Origin: Bacillota bacterium
GTDB taxonomy: Bacteria; Bacillota; Clostridia; Peptostreptococcales; Acidaminobacteraceae
DNA length: 64,000 nucleotides
NCBI GenBank assembly: GCA_020161295.1
Contig: JAIUOA010000007.1
Span: 24,612 to 88,611 of the forward strand
Direction: 5' to 3'
Shown: piece after piece, positions 54,790 through 64,000 of the stretch
Position numbering within the stretch: the first letter of the stretch is position 1
How the letters are laid out: each line of letters starts with the position of its first letter
Made by a program: the position numbers and the translations under genes
Notes under the pieces: model-generated
The model's database searches: none
The model's input: only the letters and a program-made list of their open reading frames with translations
What the model was told of the DNA's origin: nothing

Positions 54790-56061
54790 TTATATTATAA
54801 AGACGAGAAGATATACTGTAGAAATAATAATCGAAACAATCATTAGTGGAAATCCAATTTTCATATAATAACCAAATGACATTTTATGCCCATGACGCTG
54901 TAAAAGGCCTGAGACAATAACGTTAGCAGATGCACCTATCAAAGTACCATTACCTCCTAGACAGGCACCTAGCGCTAAAGACCACCATAGTGGCGTAACA
55001 TCCAGTCCGGACATGACCCCATAGCTCTTAATCAACGGTATCATGGTAGCGACAAATGGAATGTTATCAAGGAATGAAGATGCAATGGCTGACACCCATA
55101 AAATAACCATCATGGTGAGTACCATATTCCCCTTGGTCAATTCGAGTAATTGAGTCGCTAAAAATTGCATCACGCCCACTTCTTCAAGTGCACCAACGAG
55201 TATAAACAATGAAACGAAAAAGAAAATCGTCGTCCATTCAATTTCAAATAAGATATCCTCAACATCAACCTTACTAATTAATAATAATACAGATGCACCA
55301 AAAAGTGCGATGGTTGCTGATTCATATCCTAGATATTGATGTAGTATAAAACCAAAAATCGTAAAAATCAGAACGATGACGCTCTTTTTCATTAAAACAG
55401 GATCTTTAATCGCAAGCTTTTCGTTCATTTTCATAACTTTTCGTTTGTTCTCATCTGAAGCACGATAATGCATGCGATAACCATATTTGAAGGCGATCAT
55501 CGTAACGATAAATATGACAACCACTACTGGCCCTAAATTAATCAAGAAATCCATAAAACCAAGCCCAGTTGCACTACCAATCATAATGTTCGGTGGATCA
55601 CCAATCAATGTGGCTGTTCCACCAATATTGGCGATGAGGATTTCAGGTACCAAAAAAGGGATTGGGTTAAGTTCTAATGTGTCGGTTAGTACTAGCGTTA
55701 CAGGAACAATCAGCAAAACGGTGGTGACGTTATCTAAAAATGCTGATGCTACAGCAGTTATTACCGCAAAGTAAAGTAAAATTTTCCATGGATCACCTTT
55801 AGCAATTTTCGCAGCCTTAACCGCTACATATTGAAAAATACCACTTTTTTTCATGATGTTAACGATAATCATCATCCCGATTAATAGCCCAATCGTATTA
55901 AAATCTATGTAGTGAATTGCGCGTTCTTGAGCTTCTATGTTTAAAAGCACCATAAGAAGCGCACCTACCATCGCTACAGCAGTTCGATTGAGCTTCTCTG
56001 ACATGATGAGAAGATAAGTCACTACGAAAACACCAATTGCGATGACTAATTGATTTTCCAT
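54790..56061 (-). CDS. ArsB/NhaD-superfamily permease
   Basis: 423 aa, polytopic, with a duplicated-repeat architecture and ...GGTATLIGDPPNIMIG... and ...GGNGTLIGASANV... motifs. Confidence 0.75.
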   Translation of the reverse strand: MENQLVIAIGVFVVTYLLIMSEKLNRTAVAMVGALLMVLLNIEAQERAIHYIDFNTIGLLIGMMIIVNIMKKSGIFQYVAVKAAKIAKGDPWKILLYFAVITAVASAFLDNVTTVLLIVPVTLVLTDTLELNPIPFLVPEILIANIGGTATLIGDPPNIMIGSATGLGFMDFLINLGPVVVVIFIVTMIAFKYGYRMHYRASDENKRKVMKMNEKLAIKDPVLMKKSVIVLIFTIFGFILHQYLGYESATIALFGASVLLLISKVDVEDILFEIEWTTIFFFVSLFILVGALEEVGVMQFLATQLLELTKGNMVLTMMVILWVSAIASSFLDNIPFVATMIPLIKSYGVMSGLDVTPLWWSLALGACLGGNGTLIGASANVIVSGLLQRHGHKMSFGYYMKIGFPLMIVSIIISTVYLLVFII

Positions 56062-56174
56062 TTCACGACACTTCCTTATTTATTTTGTCCCAGTACACAG
56101 GATAAACTTAACTATACGCCTGAAATCCAGAAAAATCAACCCCTTTTGGGTTTTTTGAGCAGGTTTGTTAAATT

Positions 56175-57545
56175 TCAATACAATAAATTGTCCTTAAACT
56201 CATTTTTCGTCCGAAGGATATGCCCAAACCAAACATAAACGATGACGCCCTTAAATATACTACTTATGGTTATGCTCCACCAAATGCCATTTAAACCGAG
56301 GAAAGTCATCTGACTGAAGTAAAGTGCCATAGGAATTCTCAACAAATTGAACAGGATGCTCGTAATCGCTGCCGGTTCGGTTTTTCCGATGCCATTAAAT
56401 GCGCCTGAAGAAGTGATTTCAATACACATAAAAAGCTGGGACAACGCCAGGATTCTCAGATAATCCACTCCTAAATCTACAGCTAAGGGTTCTCTAATGA
56501 AAATCATAAACAACCATTTTGCACCGAAAAAAAGTAAAAATGTATTAAACACGCCAAGTCCAAAAGCAATTCGCATGGCAGCCCGATACCCTTTGATTAC
56601 CCTAACATACTGCTTCGCACCATAGTTCTGGCCTACAAAAGCACCCAGTGCAACGGCAAAGCCAGTCGCAGTCATCCAAGTGATGGATTCGATTTGGGAG
56701 CCAACCTTTTGAACGGCTATGGGAACTGGACCGTAAACGGCAATTAGTCTCGCAATCACCATTGAAATACCTGTAAACAAACCGCTCTGAATAGCGGGCG
56801 GGAAACCCATTCTCAAAATCCGATGTGCTTCATCAAATGGAATGCGCTGAAGCAATCGAAAATGTGGAAATAGAGAGTGATTAAATCTTACATTATAAAA
56901 GAAGAGCACAAAAACCACTGCTTGAGCAAACACCGTTGCAACGGCAGCACCAATAACACCCATCTCAGGTACAAATCCCCAGCCATTGATGAGAAGTGGA
57001 TCAAGCACCATGTTGATCACGAGACCGACTGCATTTATTTTAAAAGGCGTTTTACTGTTTCCTCTTCCGTTAAATATCCCGGTGAAGGCTTGGTTACAAA
57101 ACGGAAAGATAAACCCTATCGCGATGACGATTAGATACTGGGTACTCATCAGGTCAACACCTGCATCGCCCGTATTGAAGAAGGCGATTAGTGGCTTATT
57201 AAAGAAGATGATCATTACAGAATAGGCAAGCGCAATGGCTGTCGTAATCAAAATTCCAGTTCGTGCCAATGCCTCTGCGAGATCGTGATTTCCAGCGCCG
57301 GTCGCCTGTGATACGCGAATTTCAGTGCCTGTACGCCCCATGAAGATAAATGCCTGTGAAAGCCATATAAAGAAACCTGCTATACCCACCGCAGCTACTG
57401 CATTTGAACCAAGAAAACCAATCCAGAACATATCAGTCAGATTATAGGCCATTTGAATGAAGCTTGTACCCATGATGGGGAGTGCCATCGCAATTAATCC
57501 TTTATAGATGGAACCGCTGGTCAAGTCATTGTGTTTAGTCGCCAT
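56175..57545 (-). CDS. MATE-family efflux transporter
   Basis: 12 TM segments, with N-terminal LALPIMGTSFIQMAYNLTDMFWIG. The ATG at 57545 follows AGGGGG. Confidence 0.85.
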   Translation of the reverse strand: MATKHNDLTSGSIYKGLIAMALPIMGTSFIQMAYNLTDMFWIGFLGSNAVAAVGIAGFFIWLSQAFIFMGRTGTEIRVSQATGAGNHDLAEALARTGILITTAIALAYSVMIIFFNKPLIAFFNTGDAGVDLMSTQYLIVIAIGFIFPFCNQAFTGIFNGRGNSKTPFKINAVGLVINMVLDPLLINGWGFVPEMGVIGAAVATVFAQAVVFVLFFYNVRFNHSLFPHFRLLQRIPFDEAHRILRMGFPPAIQSGLFTGISMVIARLIAVYGPVPIAVQKVGSQIESITWMTATGFAVALGAFVGQNYGAKQYVRVIKGYRAAMRIAFGLGVFNTFLLFFGAKWLFMIFIREPLAVDLGVDYLRILALSQLFMCIEITSSGAFNGIGKTEPAAITSILFNLLRIPMALYFSQMTFLGLNGIWWSITISSIFKGVIVYVWFGHILRTKNEFKDNLLY

Positions 57546-57719
57546 GTTAGCCCCCTTATGATTAGTCAATTCAAGTCATTATATCAAATCTCCCGTCCCT
57601 GGACAACGTGATAAAATGTCTCATATTCTTTATGGAATTGTAATACTAAAGTAACGCGATTAAAGTATAATAGAAGTAGTTGTAACCCTGTGAAAAGGGA
57701 TGGTTTTTAAGGAGATTCT

Positions 57720-59237
57720 ATGTTTAATAAAAAGCCTCGTTTGATGGCCGGAATTTTATCAATACTTATATTGATCAGCACTTTTAGTGGTTTACCCGCA
57801 TTTGCAGCATCCTTTACGGATGTTGCAGGCCATTGGGCAGAACCCTATGTTTATGCCGTCGAGCCCTTAGGGGTCATTTCTGGCTTCCCGGATGGCTCAT
57901 ACAAACCTGAGCAAACGCTTACACGAATTCAATTTATCAAAATGGTAGTTGCTTCTCTTAAGCAACCCGTTAGAACCAGTGCTTCAGGTGAATATTGGGG
58001 TACACCCTATGTTGAAGCTGCATTATCCCTTAGGTTAATATCGGATAATGCATTTGACGGTCTTTCACCCATCAACCTGGACAAAAAAATAACCCGTCAA
58101 GAAATGGCCAGCATCGTGGTCAATGCATACAAGTCGACCGGTGAAACCGTTTCAAATGCAGACATGCAAGCAGCGGCTAGCAAGTTGACCGATTTGAATA
58201 AGGTTTCACCTGACTATTATGAACAGTCAGTTGCCGCTGTCGCATTAGGATTCATCGGTGGTTTTCCAGATAATACCTTTAGACCTCTCGAAAATGCCAG
58301 TCGCGCTCAAGCAGCGAAGGTGACTTATACCTTATTGGTTGAAATCGGAACGCTCTCTGCTAACCTAACAGACCCTTCTTTAACACAAAAGACCACTTAT
58401 GCTGTAAATGGCATCGAGCTAGGCGATAGCTTATCATGGGTTTTATCCAAGTATGGACAACCCATTCGCGAGGATGCCAGTGAATATGGTTTCAAATGGC
58501 TTGTCTATCATCAGAATTATAAAAATTACTTCCTCGTAGGCATCCAAAACAATACCGTCGTCGGTTTGTACACAGCATCTGATTTGCTTACATCAACTAA
58601 CGGATTAAAAATAAACCAGACCAAAACATCGGTCACCTCGACTTTAGGAGCACCGTTAAAGGGAATATTGAAAGGCTACAGCGAATTTCAGCAATACGAT
58701 GATGCTGAAGTGGCCACTTATCTTAATAACAAGGTCTATATCACCACCTATTATGACACACAAAACAGTGGAAAAATGTATGCGATAAAAATTGTGGATT
58801 ATAATGTGGAACAGGCTTTTAAAAGTCATTATGGTACCGCTTCAGAGGCTTTGAAAACCGCTTATGAAAAAGAGCTTTTCGATCTCGTCAATGTTTTCAG
58901 AACAAGCTTGAACCTAAATACATTAACGTGGAATGAAGCGGTTGCAGTAGTGGCGAGAAAGCACAGTGTGGATATGGCTGTTCGCAAATTCTTTGATCAC
59001 ACCAATCCAAGTGGCTACACCCCTTTTGATCGTCTTTTGGCAGATGGTGTGGACTATACATTAGCTGCCGAAAACATCGCGGCTGGTTACACCAATGCTT
59101 TTTCGACGCATAATGGATGGGTCAATTCACCAGGGCATAGGGAGAATCTAGTCCGAAATGTAAGACAGGTTGGAATCGGTGTCCATTTTGGTGGTGACTA
59201 TCGCATTTACTACACGCAAGACTTCATCACCCCATAA
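57720..59237 (+). CDS. SLH-domain protein with C-terminal CAP/SCP (YkwD-like) domain
   Basis: Signal peptide, SLH repeats (FTDVAGHWAEPYV..., GFPDGSYKPE, GFPDNTFRP) and a CAP motif, HSVDMAVRKFFDHTNP...GHRENL. Confidence 0.75.
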   Translation: MFNKKPRLMAGILSILILISTFSGLPAFAASFTDVAGHWAEPYVYAVEPLGVISGFPDGSYKPEQTLTRIQFIKMVVASLKQPVRTSASGEYWGTPYVEAALSLRLISDNAFDGLSPINLDKKITRQEMASIVVNAYKSTGETVSNADMQAAASKLTDLNKVSPDYYEQSVAAVALGFIGGFPDNTFRPLENASRAQAAKVTYTLLVEIGTLSANLTDPSLTQKTTYAVNGIELGDSLSWVLSKYGQPIREDASEYGFKWLVYHQNYKNYFLVGIQNNTVVGLYTASDLLTSTNGLKINQTKTSVTSTLGAPLKGILKGYSEFQQYDDAEVATYLNNKVYITTYYDTQNSGKMYAIKIVDYNVEQAFKSHYGTASEALKTAYEKELFDLVNVFRTSLNLNTLTWNEAVAVVARKHSVDMAVRKFFDHTNPSGYTPFDRLLADGVDYTLAAENIAAGYTNAFSTHNGWVNSPGHRENLVRNVRQVGIGVHFGGDYRIYYTQDFITP

Positions 59238-59258
59238 TGATCATGTCAAATTAAAAGT

Positions 59259-59305
59259 AAAGGCGTTGCAACAAATCCGTAAAGATTTGATGCAACGCCT
59301 TTTTA
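59259..59305. terminator. Terminator between convergent genes
   Basis: Hairpin AAGGCGTTGCA...TGCAACGCCTT followed by TTTT. Confidence 0.65.
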
Positions 59306-59316
59306 TGGTGTTAGAT

Positions 59317-59754
59317 TTACTTCAAGTGCTGGCATTCAGGACAAATGCCTAAAATCTCTAGCTTATGCTCCAGGATTTCATACCTTGTGGACTGATGAAC
59401 CTTCTGATCATAACCTTTTAATGGACAGCCGCTTAGCGGTGTCACCAAATGGCATTTTACACATATAAGGTGATGACGATGTTCTGATCGTGTAATCTCA
59501 AACGTCGATTTAAAATCGGCACTCAGATTGGATTTAGTGACCATTTGATTTTTTATAAAGATCTCCAGGATGCGATACACCGTGGATAAATTTACCTTTT
59601 CCTCACCTTCAGCCGAACCAGACAACTCGAAATAGATCGTGTCAGCGGTTAACGGAACATTCGAGTTGTTTAACAGCTCATAGACGCGAAGGCGCTGCAT
59701 GGTCATCTTAATGCCTTTTCTTTTAAAAAGTGCACGGATGTCTCCTTGATTCAT
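59317..59754 (-). CDS. zur: Fur-family metalloregulator, probably Zur
   Basis: Winged-helix N-terminus, plus HHLICVKC and CPEC Cys pairs. It is the last gene of the znu operon. Confidence 0.75.
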   Translation of the reverse strand: MNQGDIRALFKRKGIKMTMQRLRVYELLNNSNVPLTADTIYFELSGSAEGEEKVNLSTVYRILEIFIKNQMVTKSNLSADFKSTFEITRSEHRHHLICVKCHLVTPLSGCPLKGYDQKVHQSTRYEILEHKLEILGICPECQHLK

Positions 59755-59762
59755 AACCCCTC

Positions 59763-60572
59763 CTATTTAAACCGTCTCACTAAATAGGCCATAAAAAAGA
59801 ATATGGCGTTGATCATAACGATGGTGGCTCCTGATGGAAAATTCAAAATATAGGAAATGATCACCCCTGTCACAACGGATAGAACAGAAATCACTGTGGC
59901 GATAATGATAGACGCTTTAAAGCTTCTTGAAAACTGAAGCGCTGTCACGGTTGGAAAAATAATCATGCTTGAGATAAGCATGGTTCCCACCACGCGAATT
60001 CCCAAAACGATGGTAATGGCGGTAAGTGTGGCGATAAGTGCGTTCATCATCTTGGTGTTGACACCCATGACACTGGCAAACGACTCATCATGTGTAATGG
60101 CAAAGAGATCATTGTAAAAAATAATGATAAAGGTTACGACGATAGCCGCCAGTCCAAAAGATAAAATCACATCCGATTCGCCGATGGTGAGAATACTCCC
60201 AAACAAGTAGCTGAACAAATCCACATTAAATCCGGTGCTGACACTGGTGATTAAAACCCCTAATGCCACTGAAAATGAAGATACAAGTCCGATGGCTGCG
60301 TCTCCAGATAATTTCGTGTGTTCATTTAATCTCAGGATGAAAAGCGATGCGACGATGACGATGGGGATCGAAAGATAAAGTGGTGAGGTGTTAAGCAATA
60401 GAGCAATCGCCACGGATGCAAAGCTCACATGTGCCAGTCCGTCGCCAATCATCGAGTATTTCTTTAAAACGAGAAAGACGCCCAGCATCGCACTGCTGAT
60501 GGCGATCAAGACGCCGACGATGACCGCCCGCTGCATAAATTCGTATTTGAATATCTCCAGGATCATGTCCAT
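59763..60572 (-). CDS. znuB: Metal (Zn/Mn) ABC transporter permease
   Basis: 269 aa with about 8 TM segments, in the ABC-3 family position. Confidence 0.85.
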   Translation of the reverse strand: MDMILEIFKYEFMQRAVIVGVLIAISSAMLGVFLVLKKYSMIGDGLAHVSFASVAIALLLNTSPLYLSIPIVIVASLFILRLNEHTKLSGDAAIGLVSSFSVALGVLITSVSTGFNVDLFSYLFGSILTIGESDVILSFGLAAIVVTFIIIFYNDLFAITHDESFASVMGVNTKMMNALIATLTAITIVLGIRVVGTMLISSMIIFPTVTALQFSRSFKASIIIATVISVLSVVTGVIISYILNFPSGATIVMINAIFFFMAYLVRRFK

Positions 60573-61285
60573 TATCGGTGACCCTCCTCGTGTATGTGGA
60601 AATGCCTACCACCTAGCGTGGTAGAGAATTTATCGACGGTATCGAAAAACACGACCTCGCGGTCGATAACCAGCATTTTTCGGGCGTATTTTTGAATGCT
60701 ACCCAGGTCATGTGAAACCAGTACCACGGTTGTGCCATCCACGGTGTTTATTTCGCCTATAAGCTGATAGAATTCTTCTCTAACGCGAGGATCCAGCGCA
60801 CTGGTAGGTTCGTCCATAATCAGAATATCCGGTTTGTCCACCATGGCACGCGCCAAAAGAACGCGCTGCTGCTGTCCACCGGATAAAGAACCGATTTTTT
60901 TATGCTTGAGGTCTAAAATACCCAGGCGCTCCAAAATTTGGTCGATCTGAACAAGATCCGGCTTTCTCAGTATTTTAGGAATCTTTTTCTTACTAAGTAA
61001 ACCCGTTCCCACGATTTCATGTACTTCTGCTGGAAACAATCCATCGCTTGAAATGGCAAGTTGGGGTAAATAGCCCTTGGTGATTTGAGGATTTGCATAG
61101 CTGATTTCACCCGAATTAATGGGAATCAAATTCAATAGCGCTTTGACCAGTGTGGTCTTTCCAGACCCATTAGCCCCTACGAGGCCGATGTAATCGCCTT
61201 TTTCAATATCAAAATTCACCTCGTCAAGAACGAGGTGAACGCCATATTTTACGGTCAAATGTTTAACGCCGACTAATTTACTCAT
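60572..61285 (-). CDS. znuC: Metal ABC transporter ATP-binding protein
   Basis: Contains GANGSGKTT, LSGGQQQR and ILIMDEP. Confidence 0.9.
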   Translation of the reverse strand: MSKLVGVKHLTVKYGVHLVLDEVNFDIEKGDYIGLVGANGSGKTTLVKALLNLIPINSGEISYANPQITKGYLPQLAISSDGLFPAEVHEIVGTGLLSKKKIPKILRKPDLVQIDQILERLGILDLKHKKIGSLSGGQQQRVLLARAMVDKPDILIMDEPTSALDPRVREEFYQLIGEINTVDGTTVVLVSHDLGSIQKYARKMLVIDREVVFFDTVDKFSTTLGGRHFHIHEEGHR

Positions 61286-62315
61286 GGTAGTTTAGTCCTT
61301 TCTTCAGTTGTTCAATGTTCCTTTGCATAATCGTCACATAAGAGATGCCTTCTGACAGTTCATCCTTAGAGATATTGTGAGCACCATGCAAGAGGAGCAT
61401 ATCAACATTCGCTTCCTCAGAAATGATTTTCGCCACCTTCGGATCCACGAGCTCTTCATAGAAAATAGCCTTAGCGCCAGTTGCCTCTACAGTATCGATG
61501 AGATCGGCGATTCGCTTAGGCGTAGGCTCTGCGTCTGGCGAGAATCCTACGTAAGGAGACATGTGTTCAAGTCCATAACGGCTTGCTAAATAGCCAAATG
61601 CAAAATGACCACCTGAGAGGATCGTTTTAGAGTCGGATTTTTGTACGAGATCTATAAAACCAGTATCTAAAGCCTTCAGTTCCGCCATCAATACCTCGGT
61701 GTTTGACTCGAAAATAGCCGTGTTTTCCGGCATCAATTGAATCAATGCCATTTTAATGGATTCAGCCATTATCATCGCATTATTTGGATCTGTCCAGTAA
61801 TGAGGGTCATACGCACCTTCCTCAGCATGGGCAGCATGCTCTTCTTCTGTCTCTCCTTCGTGGTCATGGTCATCGGATGCCGCCAAAAGTTCGATACCCA
61901 CACTCATATCCACGACGCTATCCTTTGAAAGCTTCGAATTCTCTAAAATTGAATGCGCCCACGGCTCCATTAATTCACTGGTGAAAAGAAACAGATCTGA
62001 CGTCTCGATCATGATGATATCCTTAGGCGTGGGTTCATATGAATGCGATTCTACACCTGGTGGCAGTAAAAGTGTCACCTCGACATAGTCTCCTCCGATA
62101 ATTTTTGCGAAATCATAGTGAGGGAATAGCGTCGAAACAATCTCGAGTTTATCCGTCATCGCTTCTGTGGAAATCGTGTTGTCCTCTGATGCGGTTTCTG
62201 AAACGGTGTCCTGCTCGGTGGTGCTTTGTACGGCAGGGGTATTATTGGAACAACCCACTAAGAAAAGCATAAACACTGATATGATGATGATTATGATATT
62301 TTTTGATAAGCTCAT
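61278..62315 (-). CDS. znuA: Metal ABC transporter substrate-binding lipoprotein with His/Asp/Glu-rich loop
   Basis: Lipobox FLVGC and the loop DDHDHEGETEEEHAAHAEEG, which is typical of ZnuA. The ATG at 62315 has GGAGG 5 nt upstream. Confidence 0.85.
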   Translation of the reverse strand: MSLSKNIIIIIISVFMLFLVGCSNNTPAVQSTTEQDTVSETASEDNTISTEAMTDKLEIVSTLFPHYDFAKIIGGDYVEVTLLLPPGVESHSYEPTPKDIIMIETSDLFLFTSELMEPWAHSILENSKLSKDSVVDMSVGIELLAASDDHDHEGETEEEHAAHAEEGAYDPHYWTDPNNAMIMAESIKMALIQLMPENTAIFESNTEVLMAELKALDTGFIDLVQKSDSKTILSGGHFAFGYLASRYGLEHMSPYVGFSPDAEPTPKRIADLIDTVEATGAKAIFYEELVDPKVAKIISEEANVDMLLLHGAHNISKDELSEGISYVTIMQRNIEQLKKGLNYHE

Positions 62316-62340
62316 AGTGACCTCCATTCGCTCGATAAAG

Positions 62341-62357
62341 ATGCAATTGATTTGCAT
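62341..62357 (-). promoter_or_regulatory. Candidate Zur operator
   Basis: Imperfect 8-1-8 palindrome ATGCAAAT-C-AATTGCAT between the -10 element and the RBS of znuA, preceded by an overlapping AAATGC direct repeat. Confidence 0.45.
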
Positions 62358-62365
62358 TTGCATTT

Positions 62366-62393
62366 ATTATATCACGATGGATTTGCTTGTCAA
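62366..62393 (-). promoter_or_regulatory. Consensus sigma-A promoter of the znu operon
   Basis: TTGACA-16 nt-TATAAT. The -35 element overlaps the stop codon of the upstream pseudouridine synthase gene. Confidence 0.6.
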
Positions 62394-63109
62394 CGTCCTT
62401 GACGCTTTTTATTTGTAAACAAACCTGAAACTTCAGCCTCCGATAAATAACGCCATTCACCCGTCCTTAGTTTTCCCAGCTTGATATGCATAATACGTGT
62501 ACGCTTTAAGGAAACCACTTGATATCCGAGCGCTTCGCACATCCTTCGAATCTGGCGATTTAGGCCCTGTGATAAGGTGATCGTAAACTCTTTATCACTG
62601 TTTTTAATAAGTTTGCAGGGCTTCGTCTTCTCATGTCTTTCTTTAACGGGATTAAATATCGTGACGCCACTGGCCATTTGTTCGATAAAAGCATCATCGA
62701 TGGCCTTATTGACCGATACCCTATATTCCTTTTCATGATGGTTCTCTTCGCGCAGCACTTCATTGACCACATTTCCATCGCTGGTCAAAAGGATTAACCC
62801 TTCAGAATCTTTATCTAGCCGGCCGATGGGAAAGATCCGTTCAGGGTGGTTGATAAAGTCGATGATGTTGCCTTTCACATGCCGCTCAGTGGTGCAGGTG
62901 ATCCCTTTAGGTTTGTTTAGGGCGATGTAGATATGCTTGGTTTTAGCTGTGATTCTTTTGCCGTCCACTTCTACACGGTCGTTAGGCCCTACACGGGTGC
63001 CGATGTCTGCCAGCTTTCCATTTATTTTAACGCGTTTTCCTAAAATTAATGCATCCGCTTCACGTCTTGAACAGAATCCGGATGCACTAATGTATTGATT
63101 CAATCTCAT
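62390..63109 (-). CDS. RsuA/RluB/RluF-family pseudouridine synthase
   Basis: S4 domain (MRLNQYISASGFCSRREAD) and the catalytic motif GRLDKDSEGLILLT. The ATG at 63109 follows GAGGT. Confidence 0.85.
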   Translation of the reverse strand: MRLNQYISASGFCSRREADALILGKRVKINGKLADIGTRVGPNDRVEVDGKRITAKTKHIYIALNKPKGITCTTERHVKGNIIDFINHPERIFPIGRLDKDSEGLILLTSDGNVVNEVLREENHHEKEYRVSVNKAIDDAFIEQMASGVTIFNPVKERHEKTKPCKLIKNSDKEFTITLSQGLNRQIRRMCEALGYQVVSLKRTRIMHIKLGKLRTGEWRYLSEAEVSGLFTNKKRQGR

Positions 63110-63305
63110 TCTATACCTCAACTACTCCTAATCGAGTCATTATATTATGCCTTAAAGGGCATGCTTAATGCCAAACGTTCTTCTTCTACTTCATTTAATA
63201 TGATTCTAACCGCTTCGTCAAGTGAAAAAGAAAACTCCCAACGTTATGCGGGAGCTAAATTTGGTATGGAGGAATTTGCTTATGAAAAGTTTGATATCGG
63301 TTCTT

Positions 63306-63962
63306 TTATTGAGTATGCGCATACTGTATGATTTGACTTTCCTTGCTTAGATGATAACCGATGTAACCAGAGTCTATCAGTTTACGTTGTTCTTTCAAAT
63401 GGTCCATTTTCAATAACACCACATCACTTAAATTGACATTTTGTTCCTTCTTAAGATCTTTATGGAGAATAAAACGCCATAGCCCATCATCCTCCGCTTT
63501 GCCATACTTCTTTTTTAAAGCTTTTATGTTGAGTCCTGCAGACATGATATTATAGAGGCTAAAAAGATTATAAGGAGAAACTGTACAGATCAAATGACGC
63601 ATATTCATGTCTTCAATAAGCTCAACCGCTTTGTTGAGGGTCAGTGACTGTAATCGATTGCCGCGATAATCAGGATGCACCAATGTCGTTTCCAAATGAA
63701 CAACTTTATGAAGCTCTTGCTTACTTAAATGAATGTCTCTTCCGAGATTCCTTTGTTCGTATCCAGGAAAGCTAACGTATCGATATGAAACCAAACGATC
63801 CTGTTTGTTAAAAACACCGATAATCAATGCCCCATTATATAAGTCTTCGAGCATTTCAGCCTTCGTATCCAAGTATAGCACTTCTTTGTTAGGAAGGTGT
63901 TCATACACATGATGCTGTAAATCAATCACTTGGTTTAGTTCTTTCGCATTTACCAGTCTCAT
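63306..63962 (-). CDS. GNAT-like N-acetyltransferase
   Basis: Contains the acetyl-CoA loop-like motif VHPDYRGNRLQS. 218 aa. Confidence 0.55.
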   Translation of the reverse strand: MRLVNAKELNQVIDLQHHVYEHLPNKEVLYLDTKAEMLEDLYNGALIIGVFNKQDRLVSYRYVSFPGYEQRNLGRDIHLSKQELHKVVHLETTLVHPDYRGNRLQSLTLNKAVELIEDMNMRHLICTVSPYNLFSLYNIMSAGLNIKALKKKYGKAEDDGLWRFILHKDLKKEQNVNLSDVVLLKMDHLKEQRKLIDSGYIGYHLSKESQIIQYAHTQ

Positions 63963-64000
63963 TTCAAAAGGTTCAATTTGCCTCTGTTCAGATTTTCTTT
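63959..64000 (-). CDS. 3' end (13 codons) of an unidentified upstream gene
   Basis: The minus frame reads ...KENLNRGKLNLLK and then TGA, overlapping the GNAT ATG as ATGA. The rest of the gene lies outside the window. Confidence 0.35.
   Translation of the reverse strand, partial: KENLNRGKLNLLK

Overview
This is a 64-kb chromosomal core segment of a Firmicute that looks Clostridia-like: it has SLH-domain wall proteins, bcd-etfBA, kce/kal and a Na+-type F-ATPase. I count about 60 protein genes, roughly 80% on the minus strand. They follow the classic Firmicutes order rpmE-tdk-prmC-prfA-tsaC-rpiB-upp-(tagO, mnaA)-atp operon-murA-mreB ... flagellar rod genes. Also present are recD2 (partial), metK behind an S-box (SAM-I) riboswitch, nadABC, a patatin-pgcA operon and pyrG with a terminator-containing leader. 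The rest of the window holds a hydrolase-murF-ddl operon, an OmpR/HK pair, a five-gene AT-rich block and znuACB-zur. I saw no rRNA, tRNA, CRISPR array, transposase or integrase. Several ORF-track starts are too long, and I re-called them from RBS spacing. The observations most worth a second look are: (1) an F/V-hybrid-type c-ring gene pair, in which a fused double-hairpin c subunit with Glu->Gln in hairpin 2 sits next to a Na+-motif single c subunit; (2) a MurF whose N-terminal domain is replaced by a polytopic membrane region and which is translationally coupled to an alpha/beta hydrolase; (3) a pyrG leader with mutually exclusive pairings; (4) an orphan promoter-terminator pair that may be a small RNA; (5) an AT-rich block of uncharacterised genes at 52.5-56.1 kb; and (6) a patatin-pgcA-unknown operon. 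All family assignments come from motif recognition by eye; no database search was possible.
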